DNA of 63,253 nucleotides, filler included, from Reclinomonas americana ATCC 50394 (Eukaryota): NCBI GenBank assembly GCA_048213135.1. It is 17 parts of 17 records of this genome, joined end to end, with 100 filler letters (N's around TTAATTAATTAA, not from the genome) between each part and the next. Parts side by side here need not be neighbours in the genome. Positions count along the whole stretch, not along the records: positions 38,193 to 40,546 come from AFZH01016852.1; positions 40,647 to 41,793 come from AFZH01016853.1; positions 41,894 to 43,333 come from AFZH01016854.1; positions 43,434 to 44,856 come from AFZH01016855.1; positions 44,957 to 46,191 come from AFZH01016856.1; positions 46,292 to 48,097 come from AFZH01016857.1; 11 more parts are not named here. One strand, 5' to 3'. Shown piece by piece: positions 38,232 to 47,321 of this stretch (position 1 is its first letter; each line of letters starts with the position of its first letter). The notes under the pieces were generated by a model. It saw only the letters and a program-made list of their open reading frames with translations, ran no database searches and was not told where the DNA came from. The position numbers and the translations under genes were made by a program.

Positions 38232-38844
38232 GGAGAGACAGACAGAGAGACAGACAGACAGACAGACAGAGAAGGGACGAAGGCGACTAAGTGAATGCAG
38301 CAAGAGCGCGAGACCGACGGGAAATGCAAGGGGGCAGGTGAAACCAACAACGCTGCGAGGAAACCGACACGCGCACATCACTAATGATCATCTCTTGACA
38401 ACTCAACACATCTCACAAGTCTCTCCCTCATCATTGACCGTTGCCTCTCTCTTGCACACACACACACACTCCCTCTCACTCTCTCACTCACTCACTCACT
38501 CACTCGCACATAGAAAAACACACTCCTCATTGATTCACTCACACACACACACTCTCTCTCTCTCAAACTCACACATACTCCTGCACACTCACTCACTCGC
38601 TCACACACTCACACACACACACACTTCCCCACTTCCTTCTCTCTCTCTCTCTCTCTCTCTCTGAGACACTCACCGTCGCGTGCCCACCATGGTCGACGTT
38701 GCGCGACTGTTACCCGCACGCGCCACAGCAGGAGAGCTCGGCTGCGACACCGACTGTGGCCCACTGAGAGAAAGAGAACGTGAGAGGTCAGAGCATGTGC
38801 GTGTAAACAGAGAAGGAGACTGTGGCACACCTTTCGCTCAGCAT
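37320..38844 (-). CDS. Unknown membrane protein, multi-exon, spans a gap
   Basis: Phase-compatible exons MLSE(S)|GPQSVSQPSS... (38844-38831, 38763-38674). Later exons carry hydrophobic segments LVPFFLSGVMLVLSNMIVG and LPAVTLLAIVTTVLLVMG, with GT-AG boundaries. No family recognised. Confidence 0.45.
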
Positions 38845-39673
38845 CGCAATCAACAGCGGTTTCGTTGTTTGTGCTCGCGTTACAAAACTGGACCCGGACA
38901 ACCCGTTCTCACAGCGCAGCAACAACAACAGCAGCAGCTAACAGCTACTCAGCGGTACGCTGATCACCTTCTTAAGTGAGCACCAACGCACTGAGATCGT
39001 GGAACGGTACGAGAAAATCGAAATGCCAAACTGGCCATGGTGGCAGCACGAATATTTGAGTTGTGACAGGAGTGCAATACCAACAACAGTAGCAGTGCAT
39101 TCTTCACCAACGCGAGAGCGACTGAGCTGTCTTGCAACGGATTGACCGACGATTCCAGTTTTGGTCCATCGAAATTTTACAGGTGTTGCAGTGTGGCCAT
39201 GGATGAATTCACCGCAGTAGAGTGCTGACCTGGTGAGTTGATATCCGAAGATCTAGAGCAGAAGCCAGCTGTGGAGCGAACCAACTGGGAGAGGACACTT
39301 TCGCGTCATGGTGTTCGGAATCCACTTCTCTGCCGCAACTGTTCGGGTCGGTTCTCGTGTGTGCGTGGGGTCTGTGGCGACGAGTGGACAGTATGATGAT
39401 CATGAGAACTGCGGAACCTTTGCGAACATCGATTGCGCATGCGCATGCAATTGCACACCCTACGCAGCGTATTGTCCGCCAAAGTGGCCACATCGCAGCG
39501 CAGCGCGATCGATCCAGATTCATGAGAGTGAGCAAGATAGTTGGAGGGTTCACTGCTCTTCTCAGCGAGTACAAGTCGCTCAGGATCAGTCTCTCTGAGC
39601 TGCTGGTTGAGGAAACGCAACCGCAGGGAGGAGTGAAAGTGGAGATCATCAGATCTAGACCCCAGATGCACAG

Positions 39674-39865
39674 CTATCGAGGAGCACCAAAGCAGTTCCC
39701 CAGGCCAGGGCCCTGAATAGGAGCTTGAGTCGCACGGTGTTGTTGGTGTTGCGGGGGATGCGCGGTCGAGGGCTGTGGAGCTGGTCGATGTTGCACGGGA
39801 ACCGCATGACGAATGGCTGTGTAGTGCACAATGGGGCGGGCGGGACGCGGAGGCTCCTTGGTCAT
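39674..39865 (-). CDS. Small Pro-rich peptide (63 aa) ending GLGNCFGAPR; paralog of 40220-40366
   Basis: MTKEPPRPARPIVH...IQGPGLGNCFGAPR*. It shares the N-terminal M.K....P.RPI.H pattern, the C-terminal core and upstream motifs with its neighbour. Confidence 0.7.
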   Translation of the reverse strand: MTKEPPRPARPIVHYTAIRHAVPVQHRPAPQPSTAHPPQHQQHRATQAPIQGPGLGNCFGAPR

Positions 39866-40219
39866 TGTCGTGTTGAAGGGAGGGGAAAAGAGGGACGGTG
39901 CGCGCGCGCAGACGATGCGAAAGTTGGATGCGATCGATGGAGATAGCTAGAGCTAGCTCACAGCTGGCTGTGCTGTCCGCCATGCTGCATACATAAGATA
40001 AATATCGCATATGCATGTGTGTTGCTCTGGCTCTTGGAGAGGACTGCTTCCACGACACAGCTGCCAGTACAAAAGAAGGGGTGTTCACTGCAGTGACAGT
40101 AACAGCGAAAAGCTGCGAGCTACTACTCAATCTCACTTCCGGCACTCAGCGCGCTGCACGAAAGCGCCACAGGAGCGAGCGAATGTGTTGCACGCGACCG
40201 CAATACTGGCAGGCAGCTC

Positions 40220-40366
40220 CTATCGTGGGGCACCCATGCAGTTGCCCAAGCCGTTCACAGGAGCACCCATGCAGTTGCCCAACCCATTCACGGGACGCGG
40301 CTTCGGCGCGGCAGGCTGGTTAGGATGAAAGATAGGACGAGGGGGAAGCACGAATTGCTTGGGCAT
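40220..40366 (-). CDS. Small Pro-rich peptide (48 aa) with two VNGLGNCMGAP repeats; too short for the supplied ORF track
   Basis: MPKQFVLPPRPIFHPNQPAAPKPRPVNGLGNCMGAPVNGLGNCMGAPR*. The two 33-nt repeats differ at 4 positions, all synonymous third positions in this frame. Confidence 0.75.
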   Translation of the reverse strand: MPKQFVLPPRPIFHPNQPAAPKPRPVNGLGNCMGAPVNGLGNCMGAPR

Positions 40367-40653
40367 TTGCTAATCTGAAGAAGTGAGAGCAAGGAGATGG
40401 GGAGCGCGTGCAGACGACGAAGAAAGAATCAGGAAGAAATAGACAGACTCGAAACAACTGGGTGGCAGCTAGCTCAATCACTATGTCCGCACACTCAGAC
40501 ACACGCCAGCTCTCGATCTTGCATGTCACACGACCTTCTCTGCACANNNNNNNNNNNNNNNNNNNNNNNNNNNNNNNNNNNNNNNNNNNNTTAATTAATT
40601 AANNNNNNNNNNNNNNNNNNNNNNNNNNNNNNNNNNNNNNNNNNNNTACGTAC

Positions 40654-40736
<83 letters not shown>

Positions 40737-40813
40737 TCTCACACACTCTGACACAATTTTGCTGGCTCAATCTCTTTCTCACTCGTTGTCTCTCTCGACA
40801 GCATTGACGCAAC

Positions 40814-41793
40814 AGCTCTCGTGACCGAGGACCAGGAGCACCGAGCAGCCGAGACCGGTGACGGCGAATTCGAGGGATCCGAGCACTGCAGAGCGGAGGT
40901 CGTGTTCGGTAGAGAGCGCAAGCAATCGACATCCTCGCATAACAGGATGAGGAGAGGACAGACAGACCAACAGCTCACTTTCTCTCGCCTTCCCTGATCC
41001 TCCTTATCTCGCCTTGCCGAGCACATCGCTGTCGCCTCTCTTGATAAACCCCTCAACTGGACTCCGCTGACAATCCACCCGTCTCCTCTGTCTCCACTCC
41101 GACTCCTTATTCTCATCTTTTTCTCTGATTCCATCTCACTTTTCTCAAACTCATTGTTCTCGTCTCCGCTGGCTCTTCCCTCGCCTCCCTGGCTTACCCT
41201 CTCGCCCAGTCTGACACTTCACATCGTCTTCTCCCTCTCATCTTCTGACTCTCACATTCTCGCCTCCCTGGCTCGCCCCACTCGTCATCATTTGGCTCTC
41301 CCACTCTGGTCTTCTCTGCCTCTCTCCCTCCTCTCTCTCTCTCTCGCTTCACTTTGCGCCCTCCCTCCCTCATCGCCCTCCCCCTGCCCCCTCTTCCCCC
41401 TTCCCCTTCCTCTGCACTCACCAGTATCCTCGACCACATGGCCTGCTGTGCGCACGACGAAGAGTTCCTACGATTGGATACCTTCGTCAGCAACCCAACA
41501 CAGGCAAACATCGACGGCGACGGCGACGCAACTCCCAGGACACGGTTGAAAATCGTCTCCACCGGCACACGCGAGTCGGAGCAGGCCAGCACGGCGATGG
41601 CCGGCTTCTGTCGAGGAGTCGTTCTGCACCGCATCACGAGTGTGAGTACGGATAGAAGCATCTCACACGAAGCTCACTCATTTCCCCTCTCTCTCGCCCC
41701 TCTTCCCCTTCGCCTTGACGCAACGAATCACGCAGGTTGTCCATTTGCGAGTTCTGCACGAAGCAATCGTTGCCACGACGCATGGCCTCGAAC
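40814..41793 (-). CDS. Beta-class carbonic anhydrase, partial (both ends in gaps)
   Basis: Spliced FEAMRRGNDCFV...QKPAIAVLACSDSRVPVETIFNRVLG|ELFVVRTAGHVVEDT|VLGSLEFAVTGLGCSVLLVLGHESC contains the CxDxR and HxxC Zn ligands. Confidence 0.92.
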
Positions 41794-41907
41794 NNNNNNN
41801 NNNNNNNNNNNNNNNNNNNNNNNNNNNNNNNNNNNNNTTAATTAATTAANNNNNNNNNNNNNNNNNNNNNNNNNNNNNNNNNNNNNNNNNNNNTCCCTCC
41901 CCTCCTC

Positions 41908-41954
<47 letters not shown>

Positions 41955-41957
<3 letters not shown>

Positions 41958-42151
41958 TGCTTTGTTGATCGTCTGGCGGGTCTAGCTGCTGCCCCGTTGT
42001 TTACCTTCGTTGTCGCCGGGATCTTTTGGCAGCGTGGCACTCGCGCTTCGCAATCTCTCTCTCTCTCTCTCTCTCTCTCGCTGGAGCATGCATGTCTCCT
42101 TGTGAAGACTGCTGGCATTCCTTGTACGCTCTCTCCCCCACTTCTCTCTCT

Positions 42152-42189
<38 letters not shown>

Positions 42190-42290
42190 CTTTCTCTCTC
42201 TATGTGCTTTGTTGATCGTCTGGTGGGTCTAGCTGCTGCCCTGTTGTTTACCCTCGTTGTCGCCGGGATCTTTTGGCAGCGTGGCACTCA
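41955..42290 (+). repeat. Duplicated ~88-nt segment flanked by (CT)n
   Basis: TGTGCTTTGTTGATCGTCTGG...TTTTGGCAGCGTGGCACTC at ~41956 and ~42203. Confidence 0.9.
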
Positions 42291-43913
42291 CACCTCTTCT
42301 CTTTCCCTCGTTCCCTTTCTCTCTCTCCCACTCAAACACTGCTTGTCTTGTGCATTTTCAATCTTCGTTGCTCTTGGTGTCTTCCCGTTTCTCTTGGACG
42401 GCTTCGCCTCTGTCACTGGCTCGTCCACACCCTCCCCTTCGGTGATGTCTCGATCACCATCTGATTTCCTTGTGTTTCTCGCCAGTCCTCCCTCGTCGTC
42501 TTCCGTCTCATTCCTCTCGCGGACATCCGAGGCTTACCCTCTTTCTCCCCACGCCAGGGCCCACGGCGAACTGGAGTCATTCTTGGAGCAATCGGTGCGT
42601 AGCAACGCCGAACGGAGGCGACGCGACTGGGCTCCATCGCGTTACATTGGCGGTGGTGTATGAAGCGTGACCCCGTCGAGCGACCGATGCGGAGACGAGC
42701 AGGAGGGATCTCCGCCGAACGACGATATAGATGTCGTGAACAGAGGCGCTCTCGCTGACGCACGTGCGTCTTGACGTCGCGTGCAACGAGTGAGCGAGAA
42801 AAGAGAGTGAAACGGGCGTGTGTGACGTGCACGAGCGCTGGTTGCCGCGGAGGATGCCAGGTCGCGCGCCGCTAATTGTTGCGCGAGAAATCCCCTTTGC
42901 TTTCTCTCTCAGTCACTGTTCTGTCTGCGCTCTCTTGTCTCTCTCTCTCTCCCGCCGCTCGTAAGTGCGCCTGAACAAGCAACAAGGAGTTCGATTGCGG
43001 CTGCGAGCAACCTCCGCAGCTTCACGACGCAAGGATGCGTGACATGCAACCACCATGGTTTCTCTGTCAGCGACAATTATTCGCCCGTATTCTCAAGAAA
43101 AGTACAAGATCAAGAACATGGAGTAAACAAGAAGGATTACGAGGAAGAGACAGGAGAAGAACAACAACACCACAAAGCACAACGAGCGGAAGAAGTTGAA
43201 CAGAACGCACAAACAGCTGTTCACTGTGCCGCTGTCGACAGAAAAAAACAGAAGAAGCGGGATACAGAAGACGAATAACAAGAACAAGAAGAGCTCTCTC
43301 TGTCTCCCACCCCCTTCTCCCTTCCCTCCCCCCNNNNNNNNNNNNNNNNNNNNNNNNNNNNNNNNNNNNNNNNNNNNTTAATTAATTAANNNNNNNNNNN
43401 NNNNNNNNNNNNNNNNNNNNNNNNNNNNNNNNNAGAGAGAGAGAGGGGGGTAGGAAAGGGGAGAAGTGAGGCCAATGAGATGCTTGAACGCCGAGAGAGC
43501 AACAACAGGGCAATGAGAATGCGAACAAGTGCAGCAAGATGAGAGTGAGAGAGAGAAGAGAAAGAAGGAACGAGAAGTGCATATGAGAGAAGAGGAGTGT
43601 GAGAATGACTCCCTTTCTCACTCAAAGCAATCTCAAATTCGTTCCAACACAACCTGCACCACAGCTCACACACAACACACACAAGAGCTCACTCGGCACT
43701 CAGTCTCTCACACACAGAAGAGCAACATAAAAGCCGAAAATAACGGTCTCACATCACAACGAACACTCGCGCGTTGCTCTCTGCAGCGCATAAAAACACG
43801 CTCTCTTACACACACACTCACCATGATCGCTCACACACACAAAACACACAACAAAACGCCCACAACAAAAAAGCGCGCGCTTTTGCTCGCCGCGACTGTC
43901 ATCTGTCCCTCCA

Positions 43914-44381
43914 ATGCTTTCTCTGAGCCGCGCTCTTCCTCTTCTCTGTCGCCGCCGCTTCTTCCACCACCGCCAATGCGCCAATCAGCTGCTGCTTGTG
44001 CGACCAGAACCGGCATCGTTTGAGTACAACGCCGAGGCCGGCACTGATAATGTGTTTATGCACGATAAGCAGGGCGATGTGGCGGAGAAAGTTGTGTGTG
44101 TAAGAGAGAGTGAGTGTGAGAGAGAGAGAGAGAGAGATAACGTGCAATCATCTTGCAATCAGTCGTGCAATCATCAGTTGCTGTTCTCCTCTCTCTCAGT
44201 CGTCACTTGCCTCTCTCTTTCTCTTTCCCTTCCTCTTCCTCTTTCTTTTCTTCCACCGCCAGCAATGCGCCAATCAGCTGCTGCTTGTGCGACCAGAACC
44301 GGCGTCGTTTCAGTACAACGCCGAGGCCGCCACCGATAACGTGTTTATGCACGATAAGCAGGGCGATGTGGCGGAGAAAGT

Positions 44382-44426
<45 letters not shown>

Positions 44427-45923
44427 AGCGTGCAAACATCTTGCAATCAGTCGTGCAATCATCAGTTGCTGTTCTCCTCTCTCGTCATTTTCCTTCTCTT
44501 TCCCTTCCTCTTCCTCTTCTTCCACCACCACCAATGTGCCAATCAGCTGCTGCTTGTGCGACCAGAACCGGCATCGTTTCAGTACAACGCCGAGGCCGGC
44601 ACTGATAATGTGTTTATGCACGATAAGCAGGGCGATGTGGCGGAGAAAGTTGTGTGTGCACAGAGAGAGTGCGAGTGGCCTTCGTTGATCTTGCAATCAG
44701 TTGACGAATGCATGCTTGAGCCTCGTCCTCCTTCTCTTCTGTCTCCCACAGTTGTCAGTTGTCATGCAATCGTTATCTCTGTCACGATTCGCGACTGCAG
44801 TCACCATGTAGTGCATGCTTTCGCCACACTCTGCCGCTCTCTGTTCTCTCTCTCTCNNNNNNNNNNNNNNNNNNNNNNNNNNNNNNNNNNNNNNNNNNNN
44901 TTAATTAATTAANNNNNNNNNNNNNNNNNNNNNNNNNNNNNNNNNNNNNNNNNNNNTCTCTCTCTCTCTCTCTCTCTCTCTACCATACAGTTGTCTCTGC
45001 ATCACGAATCTGTGCAAGTAGTCGCTGACGTGGCCAAACACTTCCCTAATGCATTCCTTGTCATCTCCCTTTCTCATCCTCTTTCCCCCCTTTCCCTTTT
45101 CCTCCTTCTTGTCCCTCTACAGGCATGCATCGAATTCGAACGCCTTCACCGCGCGCTGACCGACCTCAAAGTGCACACCAAGGTGTTCCCCAATCCACCC
45201 GCCGACGGCACTCCCGACGCCATCTTCCCCAACAACTGGTTCTCCACGCATCGGTCCTCCGAGGGCGGATCTGGCGTACTACTCCTGTATCCCATGTGCC
45301 ACCCATCGCGACGGAAGGAGGTTAAGCCGCGGTTGCGTGCGACAATTTATGCAGTCCCTCCTTTCCCACCGCTCTCATTATCCCTCGTTCGACAGCATTG
45401 TCGAGGCACTGAAGAGAGACAACCACTACTCTCGTGTGCGTGACTTTACAAAGTTTGCCGATCAAAACATGTTCTTTGAGGGAACAGGTTCGTCGGCGCC
45501 TCATGAGCATGTGTGCTTTTGATATGCTCACGCCCCCCCATAACAGGCTCGTTCGTGATTGATCGACAACACGGCATGTTCTTCGTACTCGAATCGCCGC
45601 GCTCGAATCTGGAGTTGGCGCGACAGATTGTGAAGCACTTGGTCAGTGACGGACAGGCGCCAAAGTTGCGAAGGAGTGAGAGGCTGGGAGGCTGCTCGTC
45701 AACGTGCTGTGAGCTGATGTCTCATTTTGGTCTTTAACGTCCTCTTTCCTGCAGCTCACTCCACTCCACGATGAACCTTGTTATCTACGATCTCTCGTTG
45801 TCCATGTTTTCCTGTTTCATTCGTCACACACTTCCCGCTCTTTGGCACACCTCATTGTTTGCAGTTTACCTGCACTATCCTGAAATTGACCTCACACTTT
45901 GCCATGTGCCTCTTACTTTCTTT

Positions 45924-45954
<31 letters not shown>

Positions 45955-45989
45955 GTTTCTTTTTCCCTCTCTTTCTCTCTATCTCTCTT

Positions 45990-46022
<33 letters not shown>

Positions 46023-46153
46023 ATCTCTTTCATGCTCTCTCTCTCACTCTCTCTTTCTCTCTTTCTCTCTCTTTCATGCTCTCTGTTTCTTTCTTTCTCT
46101 CTGTCTCTCTCTCTCTCTCTGTTTCTTTTTCCCTCTCTTTCTCTTTCTCTCTA

Positions 46154-46188
<35 letters not shown>

Positions 46189-46293
46189 TCTNNNNNNNNN
46201 NNNNNNNNNNNNNNNNNNNNNNNNNNNNNNNNNNNTTAATTAATTAANNNNNNNNNNNNNNNNNNNNNNNNNNNNNNNNNNNNNNNNNNNNCT

Positions 46294-46329
<36 letters not shown>

Positions 46330-47069
46330 TTCTCTCTTTCTTTCATGCTCTCTGTTTCTTTCTTTCTCTCTGTCTCGCTCTCTTCTCTCCATCTCTCTCT
46401 CTCTCTCACTCTCGTTCTCTCTCCTACTCCGTCCTTTTTCTAAGCACAATCCACTTCCAGAATTATCGCCATCAGCACTCTTGTTCTTCAACTTTCTCCT
46501 TTTGTTCACTACAAGGGGCACAGTTGCTTGGAGTGCACGTGCCACAGCCCCTACGTATACTTATTCACCTTTTCCTTTTTGCTTTCCCCCTCTGCCCGTA
46601 GGGACTCACGCGTCATTCCCTTCCACGCACTCGACCGAGGCCAGCCGATCTACCACACCAACGTGGTTCTCTCCATCGGCACCTCCGTTGCCGTCGTGTG
46701 CTCCGAGGCCATTGTCGACGACGCTGAGCGGAAGCAAGTATGCGACGCTCTCTTGAGGTGCAACAAGGAACTCGTGGAGATTGACGTGGCGCAGATGCGG
46801 TCGTTCTGTGGCAATGTGTTGGAGGTAAGCTGCGCATAAGACAGCGAGCAGTCACCAATCCTCCGTTCCTTACCATCGAGCAGATACGGTGCGACAACGG
46901 CACGGCGCTCGGCCTCGCCATGAGTGCACGTGCGGCAGACAACTTTTCGTCGGCACAATTCAGAGTATTCGAGAGGCACTACGGCGGGCGCATCGTGCGA
47001 CCCGACATTTCCACCATTGAAGACGTCGGCGGCGGCAGCGTGCGCTGCATGCTGGCCGAGCTCTTTTGA
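43914..47069 (+). CDS. Amidinotransferase/arginine-deiminase superfamily enzyme (CtlX-like) with a putative mitochondrial presequence
   Basis: MLSLSRALPLLCRRRFFHH, LLVRP..F.YN.E...DN.F, TPDAIFPNNWFSTH, LYPM..PSRRKE, FEGTGS.V.DR, IYHTNV, FCGNVLE, TIEDVGGGSVRCMLAELF* (catalytic Cys). Confidence 0.9.
43974..44655 (+). repeat. Triplicated 117-nt exon segment of the amidinotransferase gene
   Basis: Copies at 43974-44090, 44263-44379 and 44532-44648, each followed by GTTGTG and separated by (GT)n(GA)n and CT tracts. Confidence 0.95.
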
Positions 47070-47132
47070 TGCACCGAATGCAAACATAGACACTTGGTGT
47101 ACAATTCGATTGTTTTCTTTTTCCCTTCTCTC

Positions 47133-47288
47133 TCATTCAACCCCGGCCATTGAATCAAACCGTGCCTCGAGATTCAGCGGATCGAAATCGTCGTCAATGG
47201 AGCTGCCGGGACTCAGCGGTTCCGCCGACGGCGTCGCGCGAAGCATGGGTGTCGTGTGAGGAGCACCACCCGCGACGGCTCCAGCGGC

Positions 47289-47321
<33 letters not shown>

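Noticed and set aside
39209..39649. Minus ORF with STSSSERL, resembling a hAT transposase dimerisation motif
   Set aside because: Only a few residues match, and no W/P-L upstream motif, TIRs or other transposase segments were found.
41354..41660. Plus-strand ORF overlapping the carbonic anhydrase exons
   Set aside because: An antisense shadow of the CA coding sequence, which carries the diagnostic motifs on the minus strand.
43974..44648. CpG-decay or RIP-like signature among duplicated copies
   Set aside because: Several differences are CpG/TpG transitions, but the likely functional copy 1 carries the T alleles, the direction is unknown and the counts are too small.
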